DNA of 64,000 nucleotides, from the NCBI GenBank assembly GCA_964187785.1, contig OZ076412.1:31744001-31808000 (forward strand), given 5' to 3'. Shown in pieces: positions 11,380 to 23,899 of this stretch (the stretch's first letter is position 1; the number at the start of each line of letters is the position of its first letter). The DNA comes from Amphiscolops sp. MND2022 (lineage: Eukaryota). Under the pieces are notes generated by a model. The model did not search any database. It saw only the letters and a list, made by a program, of their open reading frames with translations, and was not told the origin of the DNA. Both the position numbers and the translations under genes were made by a program.

Positions 11380-14300
11380 ATGAACGACCTTGCACCAGGG
11401 GACCAACAACAGCAAACCAGTGACGACTACTACCAACAGGAATTCACCGAAGCATCATCCAGCCAGCCAAAAAGCTTTCTAAAGCCACGACATCCGACCA
11501 ACTACTACGAGAACAATGTGCGCAACGTAAACAACTACTACTACACCAAAAACTACAAAAACCGGGCAACTGATCATCGGCAGGATCAGAAACCCACCAC
11601 TACAACTACTCACGACACGACTACTAATGGAGAACGTCCTCCTCACACTCTCTCCGAGACACCCAACCAGGAACTACAAATGACAGATGACAAACTACAC
11701 CCTAACGCGACTACAATTACAGACCGTGTGAAGAAAACAACAACCCGGAAAAAAGACGTGGCGATCCAGGCGTTGTCTGCAACACTCCAATTAAACAAGA
11801 AGGACAAGATGTTATATGTCCCATTGCAATTCCGGCAATATGAAAACCATGGACTCCTCGACACAGGAGCAATCAGAAGCGCAATGTCAGAAGATGAACT
11901 CAGACAAATCCTGTCCGCCCACCCAGCCGCACTTCTAGAAGAGTACCCAGCACAGGATTTCAAAGTCCAGATTGCAAACGGAAGCATCGTCCCAGTCCGG
12001 AAACAGGTACTACTTCGTTTCTTCATCGGAGGCAAGGTTTTTGAAGAAACCTTCATGATTCTCTCCACCATGGGTAACATCTTGATCGGAATGTCCTTCT
12101 TTAAAAAGTATTCAGAGACACTTGACCTTGCCAACAATGTAGTTAAATTCCCGGACATTACATTACAACTGAAACCAGAACGAGGACGGTATAAAATCCA
12201 GATGATCGAACTGCGCACAACACAGAAGACAGTGATACAACCGGACCACCAAATCATTGACCCTGTCCTAGCGGAAAAGGACCTCGGCACAATTCAGGGC
12301 ACCGTGGAAACCTTTCCTGCATTCGAAAGGAAGACACAACTACTGGTGTCCCCCGCCCTGACACAAATCACCGACATGAAAAGCCATGTCCAGATAACCA
12401 ACCTCACCTGCCATACAATTACCCTCAACCCGAACACGACAGTGGCTACCTTCAAGATAATGACTCCCAATCAAGCAAAAAACCTGCAACCGATGTCAAA
12501 CGAGCAATTGACACTAATAACCAAATACCCGGACGAAGCCAACAATGTACTAAACCAACTGTTCCAGGAACCCGGCACTGAAACCAACCGCAGATGGTAC
12601 CCAACCCCGGAGACATGTGATGACCCGTCCAAGCTGAACCGCATTGAAAGGAGGATATATGACGAAATCACTAAACTCCGTGAGGAGGAGAAACTGGACC
12701 CAACGGCAGACGACCAACAGCGCAAGGAGTTCCTTGCCAACTTCAAATGGGAAAACTCAATCCTGAATGAGCACGAACGACAACAGATTGAGAACCTCCT
12801 TGTGAAGTACAACAATGTATTCGTCAGACACCGCCTCGACATAGGCATCAATACTGACTTCAAAATCAAACTCACTCCGAAGTATGATGAACCAGTCTAC
12901 GCGCAGAGCTTACCTACACCCACCAACCTCAAAGATGACCTGCTCGTCGAATTAGCACTGATGCAAGAGTACGGGATCATCACGACGTTGCCGTACAGCA
13001 AGTATTCCTCACCAATATTTGCTCAGCGCAAACCCAATGGAAAACTTCGCATCCTCGTGGACCTGCGCAGAATCAACCACCTCTTGAAAAATGATTACAA
13101 CCAACATGATCACCCGGTCACCACCATCGCCGACGCTGCCCAGCATATGGCAGGAAAGAAGTACTTCTGCAAGCTGGACTGTTCGCAGGCGTACCACTGT
13201 TTGCAGATGGCGGACGAACAATCCATAAAGCTCCTGGCATTCAACTTCGGCCGCCGAACATTCGCTTACCTACGATTGGCACAGGGACTCAATCGATCCC
13301 TGTCGGCATTCAACAGCACAGTACGAGAATATGTTGATGCACTCGTGAAAGCGGATAAATGCGCACAATATGTCGATGACATTGGGATAGCTGCCCACAC
13401 CGTAGATGAACTACTGTCCAACATTGAAGCCGTGTTCCAACAAATCCAAAAGCAGGACTGAAACTGTCGATGTCAAAATGTGCGTTTGGCCACCCACAAA
13501 TTGATTTCCTTGGGAGAAGCATCACATCGAAGGGTGTCGCCCCACATGAAGACAAAATCGATAATTTCCTCAAAAAGATCAAATTACCCACATCAGTCAA
13601 ACCCCTCCAAAGGTACATCGGATTTGTCCAGTTCTACAGGCAGTACATACCACGCCTGGCAAAAAAACTCACCCCTCTGTACAAACTACTCCAGAAAGAC
13701 GTCAAATTCCAGCTGACCCAACAACACAAGGACACCATCTTCGAGATCAATGAAAATCTTGCTAAAGCCGCGAAACTCTCACAACGACTGCCATTACCCG
13801 ATAAACAGCTTGTTATAATGTGCGATGCCAGTGAACATGCGGCAGGATATGTCCTCCTGATAGAAGACTACACCGAAACTAACGACGGACCAATGAAGAC
13901 GTACGTTCCAGTGTCATTCGGATCCCAACTATTCACGGAGGGCCAAATGTCTCTAACAATGTATGCAAAGGAATTCCTGGCGATGAATTTCGCATTCGAC
14001 GAATTCGCACACATACTCTGGGGTGTCAAAAAACCAACAATAGTAATGACGGACAATAAAGCACTGACCCGATTCTTTCAGTCTAAACGGATTCCCCCGA
14101 AGCTATGGAATTACTGCGATCAGACGCTTCAATTTGAATTCGTACTTGCCCATGTTCCGGGAACTGAGAACCCTGCTGCAGACTACCTGTCTCGTCTTGA
14201 CATACGACCAGAGGAAAGAATCCACCTCAAACCCAACGACGAGATACCAGTCTTCCACGTCGAGATCGATCTGGCATCAAGAACACCAAAGCAGAACGAC

Positions 14301-16327
14301 GAAGAAGAAGAATACATACTTGATGATCAACAAACTACCACCACCAAACAAAATGAAACCATCAACGCCATCCTGGACCAGGTCCCCATGTGCAGCAACG
14401 AATCGAGTGGACAGTTTCTTGAGAGGATAGAAACCATCCGTCATCAAACCACACCCATCATCACAGGGCAACATGACGAGATGACGTTCACCCGATTCAG
14501 GCGAAAGCTTCATGACAACATGGTAAACCAGGTATGCTCCAATGGGGAGTTTCAAATCATCCAGGATCAACTCGTAAACCTTGACATCCAACGCATGATT
14601 AGAGTTTTGAACAAAAAGGAAACCCTTCCTAATCATGTGAACTTTGAAAGTCAGTTTTTCCAAAAACTAGTCAAAAACAAGAAAAGACTTGAAGTAGTGA
14701 ACAACGTCTTGTACAGGAACTAGTCAAAAACAAGAAAAGACTTGAAGTAGTGAACAACGTCTTGTACAGCAACTTTTTTGATGGTACAGGTAAACTTAAG
14801 TGTAAACAAATTGTCACTCCCCCTGAAACTATTCGAAAAATCATTCAATACCTGCACGATGACCCTCTGCAAGGTCACCCTGGTTGTAACAAAATGCTCC
14901 ATGAACTACGTAAAAGGTACTACTCACCAAACCTCTCTGAACTGGTACTGCAATACGTCTCGAACTGCCAGGACTGTATCCGCTCAAAACCAATCTGAAA
15001 AGCTGCAATCACACAACCACTTCAACAAATATACGACCCCTGCAACGGACCAGAAGACATACTAGAAATTGACTTTGTCGGTGAACTCCCACCTTCCAAC
15101 GGATTCACACACATACTCACTGCATGCGACTAATTTTTCTAGGTACCTCTTTGCAATACCAATCCGTAAACCGGACACAAAGTCGGTCGTGGAAGCACTC
15201 ATGCAAATCTTTACGCAACATTCGTATGTACCCGAGACAATCTTAACTGATAAGGGAACGACATTCACATCTCAACTGCTCAACTCCCTGATGGCGTCTG
15301 CCGGCATAAAAATCGAACATGCCTCTGTAAAGCACGCACAAACGATTGGGATGGTTGAACGTTCCCATCAAAAACTGAAACAAATCCTCAAAATCAACAT
15401 CTCAGCTGATTCACCACAATGGCACAAATACGTCAACTTGGCCGTAATGGCCCATAACACAACCTACCACCAGGCTATTCGATGCACACCCACTGAAGTT
15501 TTCCACGGACGTGTTCCGTTCAATGCCCTTGACGTCAAATTTGGCAATCCATTATTTGAACAACGTAACACTACTGACGTCACTGGAATACTAGATAACA
15601 TGAACAAAAAATTCCAACAAACACATGACAACATAATCGAAGCCTTTCACAAACACAAGACTTCACCTCTGAAAGTAAATGATTTCACCTTTCTGCTAAA
15701 CAAAAGACTGTCTCAGCAATCTGAAAAATTCCATTCAAGGAATTCAAGTGGGAAGGCCCATACAAAGTGGTCAAAGTCTTGTCAAATTCAAATTACGTCA
15801 TACGTAAGATTGGCACTCTTCGCACTCAATGCGTTCACAGAATGAGGCTTCGCCCATTCACGCCAAACGCACCAATCGAAGACATTTAAGACAATGCATC
15901 ACAATATTTCGAAGATCCCGACGCCCTCAACGAACAGGAGTTATTTGACAATCACCTACCTGATCATGTCCATGAACAACCACAACAAGTAATACCTGAA
16001 CAATCGAACTTCGAAGAGTTACACGCAGACCATGGAATGATCTACTACGAACGGCAAAACATAGAATCTGATCAAAACATCTCCATACCTGAAAGCCAAG
16101 CTGAAACACAAGAACCACAACCGGATAACGCTAGCATGAACAATTCTGACACAAACAACAATGAACACCAAACAAATGACCGCCCTCCAGCGACATCACG
16201 ACACACCATGTCTCGATACGGGCTCAGACACAATCCAAAACCTACTACGTACCCTGATTTTTTAATGCACGAATTACATGGAACGCCTTCACTTCAACAG
16301 TTACTTCTGAAAAACAGAAACCTATAA
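11380..16327 (+). pseudogene. pol: pol (protease, RT, RNase H, integrase) with frameshifts and stops
   Basis: Protease LLDTGA; RT SSPIF..RK..GKLR..VDLR, KLDCSQAY, YVDD; RNase H CDAS, KEFLA, TDNKAL; integrase H-H-C-C (LHDDPLQGHPG...CQDC), EIDFVG, ILTDKG, MVERSH. Lesions: frameshift ~13450, 53-bp duplication 14665-14770, stop 14996, frameshift ~15130. Confidence 0.95.
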
Positions 16328-16929
16328 AACACCCATTCATAATTGCACTTCTCAAACCAACGACTGCTAACAGCAGTCATAAACAGTCTCTCTCATTGAC
16401 CGTAAAGGTAATTGTTTTACAATTACGCCCCAATATACCAGTATTCAACAAACAATATTGAAATTTCCGAACAACCTAGCAAACAATCCAATTAACACGA
16501 TTAAATGACCATCCACTTCCGTCGACACTGTTTGAGCTGTCTAATTACTTAGCATCAACCACTAAGCAAGACAAACAAACGGTAACGCAACGACTGCAAA
16601 CGCCAATCATTCCAACACTCGCGGTCCGGATGCACACGTAGCGCGCAAAAGTTTGAACGATAATTTATTCAATTCGCACCAAATTTACCACACCCACAAT
16701 CGAAACGAAGAAATTCGCTGAGAAAACTGTCGAAACACAACTAACGAAACGTGAACGAAAACAACGTTCCCTACAAACGCAACAAACTAACAGTGACGAT
16801 CTGCTGCCTGGTAAACGTTAGGACAACACAACCAATACCCCACCCATTTCGACCTAAACTCATAGTGCTGACTGTGTGGGAGCGTCGTCAGAAAGCGTGC
16901 TTGTGTGGTCGGTCGTCAACATACAGATG

Positions 16930-18090
16930 AAGGTTGCTCTTTAGCAACTGGATTCAGTGTTAGTTTTGTATAGGTGGTTCCGACGGGAATTCACTTTTTC
17001 CAATGCACTGAACATCAAAAATAAAAAACCAACCAATAGACTATAACACAACGCCGGTAAGAACAAGAACTTACCAAATCCAGAAAACAATGATTGCCCG
17101 GCCCCTTAAACGTAACAAAGTATGCGAAGGCTTCGCCTCGCTTGGGAAAAGATTAAGGAGTACGCGGCCCCAATCTCTGCTTAGTATTAAAATCCACACA
17201 CGCCCATAGTTCTCAGTCCAACAACTTCCTACCACCGCAGTTAACATTCCAAAACAACTAGCGATCTTGGCGACACACATCACGTATGATGACGTCCCAG
17301 GACACACATCAACGATGATGACGTCGAGTACACAGACCGCTACTTGTAATATATTGAAACACACTAAAATACATGCAAAGTAGTCCCTAAAAGTTATAAC
17401 ATGAATCTTACATGCACATCAAAAAAGTCACGTATCAAGCCAAGGATACACTCCTTGGGAATTCAGTCATTGAGATGAGCGAGCTGCTCAGTCACGTACC
17501 TTGCTATGCAGTGCTAAGGACTGGAAAGCCATGGTCTAAATGCCTCGTTACCATTCTCGAGCCTTCACTAACAACGAACATGAAGACCTGGCTCTCGAGT
17601 ACCATGCGCAGCACAGCCTGGCGCGTGAACAAATTTTTATGTTGGTGGTTACCGCGGTGACCACCATAACCAATATGAACTCCCTCACAAAATTCACTAA
17701 AGATGACATAACAATTAGAGCGTAAGATTAAATGAAATCATAGCGAAGTATGGGTAACCCCATACACACACTTAAGAATGACAAAGTGAGTTCAGCATCA
17801 TGCATAAACGTACATACAAAAAACACTAGAAGTAAGCAAAAGTGCCATACAACTTTAGGTTCCATGTACTACGACAAAAAACCGTTCCTAGACTAGATTA
17901 GACCAACGAAGAAAAACGACGAGTACATGCAGTCATCATGAACACTACAACGTAACAAAAAATTTCTTTTTCTTTTGACACATGCAGAACAAGTAAAAAT
18001 CCCCTTGTAACGTCCTAAACGCCCAGTACTGGGGAAAAAACAAAAGAACGTACTACGGTGGTGGAAACCACCAAACTCAATTACCAAATG
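16930..18090 (-). pseudogene. Second antisense spliced cargo gene, unknown product (Cys/His-rich N-terminal part)
   Basis: Exon 17696-17500 (donor GTACGT) and exon 17342-17075 (donor GTAAGT) join in phase 1 across a 157-nt intron, with one internal TAG. An upstream CSAC...RCSVHDDC segment lies in ORF 17893..18087. Confidence 0.5.
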
Positions 18091-18251
18091 AGCTGAATAC
18101 TAATAAACTACAGTATTGATATAAGGCAAAAAGGTAATACACATAATTCCAAGAACTATGTAAATATCAGCGAAATAAATATCAGAGAAATAAATATCAG
18201 CGAACACAAGAAAATCTGGGAAAAAGTCTGCTTTAGTTTGAAAAGTTTCTA

Positions 18252-21242
18252 CTAATACTCCTTCGAGTATGAGGATCCACCTTCGTTGCTACTTTCTTCA
18301 ATAGTAAATGAACGCCTGCTCGTCTGAACTGCACCTTCACTGAAATTTGCCAAAGTTGTTCTTCCCTTCTTATCGGGACGCCCACCGGTTCTTTGGCCTC
18401 GATTGCCTCCTCGCTCTGATGACCTAACACTCGTGGCCTTCCGTTTCGATCCCGATGTGCTCGGGGCTGAAGTCGACAACACAACCTCAGTCTGCAGTCG
18501 TGGCACCTGCGCTCCAGAACGTTTCCCTTTCGTTGGACTTCGTCGGTTGGCAACAGGACTGGCTTCCATCGATCTCAATTGGTCACAAACAGTTGACCTG
18601 TATTCATCAACAACAGGACGAGACGGAAGACCCCCAGTTGACTCAAGAACGGCAATACAACGCCCGAATAGCTCATCAACCCCTCATTTGACTAGCTGGT
18701 CCCACGGGATAGCCCGATCATCGTCGTTTAATCGGGAAGCGTTTGTAGTCTGTGGAACTACAATGACAAACAAAGCCAATCATCGAAAGACGCGAATGTC
18801 CGCCAAATCCAGTCGCCATCCAGCTCCTTACAAGATGCAAACTGGATAACATGATGCGCTTCTCCAATACTGTGCTCCCGACATCGTAAAAATCAGCACG
18901 GTAAACATCGTTTAGCATTCCGACGAAAAGAATCTCGATGACGTCACGCAACTCTTGGCACCGGTCCCATGAGGGGTACGACAGCCACAAAGACACAGCA
19001 TCTTCGATGACCAGCACCGTTGCGACACTCGATTCCCATCGGCGTTTGAAATAACCAGCTGCTTCTCGATACTGCTGAACGATAACAGCTCCATTCTCTC
19101 CACTACACAAGTCTCCGAAACTGAGAACGGACAACGTGCCAACTAGAATGTCTGTTAAGCGATCCATGGAACAAACTGAATGGCACCCGGATCCAAGGGC
19201 AACAAGCTAAGGTGTCTCACCTACCCCTGATCAAAATCGGCAACACACGCCTCATACACAGAGCGAAGGAAGTTCTGCACCTCTTTGTAGAAGAAAGGCT
19301 TCTGGCTGCTGATGTCAAAGCGAAAATACTGTCCGAACAAGGCCTGATAACGTGCCTTGTCAACAGGGACTCTCTCGCCAATCCTCAATTTCAGTACAGC
19401 TGAGACCTCGAACTCTGGTGGTATCGTTTCTGGGTCAACCACCATTGATAGCAGAACACGCAGAAAGGCTGCCAGCTCTCTCTCAAACCAGAGATTACTG
19501 TCCCTACCAACGCTACACAATCGAGGGCACTTCGCAACAACTGAAACACAAAATCGGTAATCAACCAATGCGCCAACAACTCACACACAACCACTTAGTA
19601 CTCAAGATGTCAATATCAAATCGACCACAGGATATACAAGAACCATCATAGATACAACCAAACACAAGCATCAATCAAAAACCGATACTGACCAGTCTCC
19701 GCTAAGAATTTCAGAACTGCAAATCGGGGTCGTGTCATCGCGTCGTTGAACACCTGGGTCTCCATGCTAGCGATGTTAAGCGTCTCAGCCACTGTGTTAG
19801 AACGATGGACCCCAAAGTACGCCCCCAGGTCATCCCAGCGCTCGACCAACTCCGTGATCAGCGAAGACAGCTCCTGAAATCGATTGGCACCACCACGCAC
19901 GAACTGAAACAGTAATACCAAAAAAGTTAAACTAACGAACAGCACAGCAGCAAGCACTACACTCCCTAATACTCAACTCCTGAAACAGTGAAGTAGACCT
20001 ACACCTCCGAAACCCCCCATCCTCTAAGAAAGAAACAGACCAATCAATAAAAACAAGATGAACCAACCTCACGTAATCCAGGCATACTATCAAAGGCCGA
20101 GTCTTCAATCACTGCTGCCAACCGGAAGCGGAAGTACTCAAGGATGCTAAAAGGTTCCAGTCCACTCGACTCTTCAATAAACTTCCGTCGCAACAGATCA
20201 GTCAGCCACTCAGTGTCGAAGCGACGGGTCACAAGCGGCATCGTTGGGTGTGCGACACTGGCCAGAGCACGCCCCAAACGAAAATTATCGCCCACACTCA
20301 CGGCCGCCAGACCACCGTATGACTCCACACAGGACAGCAGAGACAACACGACCTTGAGGAGAGAGCGTTCACACTGGCTCCCGCCCGGGATCACGGCTAG
20401 CACGACAACTTTGACTGACAGGCCATCGAAAATGTGACAATCCACTCTCCTCATGGCCCCATCGACGCGAACGTGTAGCCTAAAGCGCACTCCCGAAGGT
20501 CGCCCAGCTTCTCAACTACAAACGGATACAATCCGTACAGGACGAGACTCTGAAACAATAGACAACACATGATACACATTACCAATCACGACATCTTCCA
20601 ACACCAACACACAAACCAGTAAAACACGACACAACTCCAAGTTCTTAAAGAAACGCACGACAGTTATGAAGAAAACAAACAAAAAATAGGTATTACCTGA
20701 CACTTCGGGTATGACAGTGCTCGTTCCACAAACTCGACCTCGCCCCGCATACTGCCTGACAATGACTCCACAAAGCGGGTAACACTGGCAAAGTCAGGCA
20801 GCTCAACGAAGCCATTGATGAAGCAGCACAGCCAGAGATATGCGGCACTTGTCTCAGTTAGCTTTGGCTTCGCACCAGCGGCCTCCTCTTCGATTTCAAT
20901 GGCCACACGCTCTTCCACCGTCAACTTGAATTCGGACTCCAGAATGATGGGGGGCTCCGACATTCTTTCTGCTCGAATTCTCCGGTCCTCTTCTAATGAC
21001 ACGGGCCTACAGGACTTGTCCAATAGCGGCCTATTAGACATGATGCGGAAACGTTGCTCAAGGCGAGTGTGTTCCCTCCCCTTCCAGTGGTCCCACAAAT
21101 TGTGTAACCCCCGGCCAGCAATACTGAGATCCACACGACACAGACGACATCTAGCATAGCCGTCTATAACACGTTTGTTTCTCGGGAAACCAACAAAGGT
21201 CTCCACGACGCCTGAGACAAAAAACGACGGCTTCAGCGTCAT
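18252..21242 (-). pseudogene. Antisense, intron-containing cargo gene: BED-type zinc finger plus hAT-transposase-like RNase H fold and C-terminal dimerisation-like region
   Basis: Exons 21242-20697, 20549-20068, 19903-19693 and 19540-~18252. Introns of 147, 164 and 152 nt all end in GTTTCAG and join in phase (0, 0, 1). Motifs: C-x2-C-x16-H-x5-H (21149-21069), YT.RVDG, VSVGDN, ELVERWDDLGAYF, LLPLDP, AVSLW...LRDVIEILF. A few frameshifts and stops are present. Confidence 0.7.
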
Positions 21243-21421
21243 GATTGCACGTTTTCGCCCTATGAACACACGAAACACCCAGTGAAATAAACTGCTCTAG
21301 AACCTTAAAAACCTTCAAAAAAAATAAAAACCAAAAACAAAAACTGTGTTTGTCCTTAGTCCTTAGTTATATACAATTCTTCAAAATTACCACTAAAACC
21401 CCCCCACATGATCTTGTGAGA

Positions 21422-21720
21422 TTAATTACCAGGCTTCGAAGTCGACGCAACGCCAGAAGAGGATGGAACGCCAGATGGAACTACACTCCGTTCACCCAAC
21501 TCTGAAGGCGGCACGTCCGAATCCACACCTGTCCGGCGACTCTCCAATCCAGCTACACTGCCAGCAACAGACGGCGGGCGTGGCAGAACATCACCCACAC
21601 AAGGAATGACTGAAGGCTGACCAAGTTCCTGAATAGCGCCCTTCAATTTCCCAAGGAACTCAAGTATAACTGGACATTCACGGAACCATACTCTGGACTT
21701 AATCCGAAGGATATCAAATG
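21422..21720 (-). CDS. Third antisense cargo ORF/exon, unknown (hydrophobic helical N-part, Ser/Pro/Gly-rich tail)
   Basis: The frame of ORF 21422..21646 stays open up to an AG acceptor at 21721-21722 (FDILRIKSRVWFRECPVILEFLGKLKGAIQELG...). Confidence 0.35.
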
Positions 21721-22302
21721 CTAATTACAGTAAGCAGAAAGAACGCAGTCAAGTTTTCCCAGCCAAAAAAACCCACATATTCCCTCCTGAATTTAACAGC
21801 CCGATCAATACCCAAAAAATACAGGACTCACTGGGAAAAAAAACAAAAAATGGACCTATTTTTATCATTGTGGAAGAATGAGCAAAGCCAACGGTTGACA
21901 AACGAAAGTGGATAAGTACAAGTTCAAACAGGATCAAATTCAATTTCAAACGCAATAACTCAAGCAACTGACTCACACTACAACAACGCAACAAATCAAT
22001 CAACTGCCGATGATCGATGAAAAGTTGCTTAAACAAACATTACACCCAAAGCGCACTACACGGATGACGTGGCTGTCAAACCGTTTCTATATATAGACTT
22101 CAACTTCCGACTGCCTACTATTTGCCTGCCTCACCTTGTCCATTCACGCTTCCGAAAGTTTTCAGCCGCTTCATTGCCACCCACACGTTTCTCTCTAACT
22201 TGCACGCCACCTCAGCCACCGTTCAATACCCAACCCAACCACCTGCTACCACTCAACTCAGCCGTTCACCTTTTCCATTACCCCTACAGCTTGCTCTCTC
22301 TC

Positions 22303-22315
22303 AAAAAGGGGGGAA
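22303..22315 (+). promoter_or_regulatory. Polypurine tract
   Basis: AAAAAGGGGGGAA abuts the TG of the 3' LTR. Confidence 0.9.
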
Positions 22316-23478
22316 TGTCATGCCCGCCAAGCATGAAGGAATTAAACGAACTCTAAAATATTAATTCATACTTCAAACTCCCTAACATACAGATCATCAT
22401 GAAAATATATTGCAGTAATTTATTCGCCGAACAAAACAGTTGAACATATAACAACTGGAACCAACAGTAATCATTACTAAATTCATTCATGTTATTGTGC
22501 GTCGTTTAGAAATCAGGACTGAAATTATCAGTCATCACAAAAGACATTTACCGAAATATGTAGTTTAACCAAGTGCTCAATCATACATTTTCCACATATA
22601 AGACTGAAACAATCAGTCATCAGTTATAGTGATATTCCATCATTTAACCATTTTTTACGTTACATGTAAAGTATTACTAGAATACTCGATCATTCATAAT
22701 CATAACACTTCATCCACTTGTATCAGCAATTTGTACGATGCCATTTAGCAATCAACCTCCAGCTCCAGTCAATAATTGATGCAGTCACCATGATGATTAG
22801 AATACGCGGTGGTAAGGCCTTAGCATAAAAGGTAATTGGTATAATTGCGTGCTAAAATGACTGGTGCTTGCGGTCATACTATATCAAACGTGATCAATTA
22901 GACACCAATTACTACCTGCGACGACAGTAACCACCAGTTGTCAAGTGCGAATTAAAGAACAATTAGTAGAACGAACACCTTTGGTTAAAAGGAAAGGTGC
23001 TAAAACGCATTTGTAATAACACCATCGGAAAACCCAAAACAAACACAAGATTGTTAACTACTGCCGATTCAAGTTCCTCCATCTCTTAAACTTAAAATTG
23101 CTGATTCTTATTTGAATATTAAATTACTCATTTCAACTCAAAACCTCCTGACTTTTCATGGTAACTACTAGATCACAAAGTAATCGAAACAGAGAATTAA
23201 ATATTGAGACAATGGATAGATCCAGTGATAATGAAAGCGAATCGAGCTTCCCTGACATTCTTTCCAGAGATCAAATAGCAGATCTCAATTCTGACGACTT
23301 GTTGTATAGGCAACCAAGTAATGATAACCTCAGTATCGACCCACGTTTCAACGAAATAAACAGACAAATTGGAGACCTTACAACATAGTCTTTACATTAA
23401 CCAATCAGTTTGCCTCCGTTAATGGAGAAGGGAATAGACTAAACACAGCAACTACAAGTGCTAACAGTCGTTCCGACA
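22316..23478 (+). repeat. 3' LTR (1163 bp)
   Basis: Copy of the 5' LTR with a 6-nt CTCCAG duplication and a 1-nt deletion in the gag-homologous part (ORF 23158..23388). Confidence 0.97.
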
Positions 23479-23483
23479 GGAAC

Positions 23484-23770
23484 GTTTTATACTTAGTTCG
23501 AAATTCGAACACATTGATTCGAACTTTTTCCTGTTTGTGGAAAATTCGAACTTAGTCCATTCGAAATTAAAATTCGAACTTATGCGTTCGAACTTATTAC
23601 CGTGCCCTGTTCGACCTCTGTCCTTTTGACCAGAAAAATTCGACCTATTTACAGCCACCCCTAAGCAATTAGATCAAAGGCGTACACTCCGAATCGACGT
23701 TGTTCTTCGACTCTAAAGATTCGACGTTAGAAATTCGGAGTGTCAAAATTCGACGCTATTATGGGACGCT
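23484..23770. repeat. TTCGAA/TTCGAC-rich MITE-like relic
   Basis: About ten TTCGAA motifs at 23497-23600, plus the inverted pair ACACTCCGAAT / ATTCGGAGTGT. Confidence 0.45.
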
Positions 23771-23899
23771 GTTATCAAACACACTTGTGGTCAGAAAGAT
23801 GTAGATATGCAAAGATTTTACCATTTGAAGCAAAACAAAAGAAGAAGAATTCAATTTGTACTCCCAAAAGTAACCAGCGAAACATTGCGACTAAACTTT

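Larger units (their letters stand above)
9110..23478 (+). mobile_element. Full-length giant Ty3/Gypsy LTR retrotransposon (14,369 bp), defective, with ~6 kb of antisense cargo
   Basis: TG...CA LTR pair; 5-bp TSD GGAAC at 9105-9109 and 23479-23483; PPT AAAAAGGGGGGAA immediately before the 3' LTR; domain order PR-RT-RH-IN. Confidence 0.97.

Noticed and set aside
10194-14663. Long minus-strand or alternative-frame ORFs over gag-pol (e.g. 11643..12290, 10760..11383, 14277..14663)
   Set aside because: They are shadows of the real coding frame, with no motifs or splice support.
16330-22300. env-like third ORF (endogenous retrovirus/errantivirus)
   Set aside because: There is no long sense ORF with a signal peptide, furin site or transmembrane anchor. 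The coding signal is on the minus strand.
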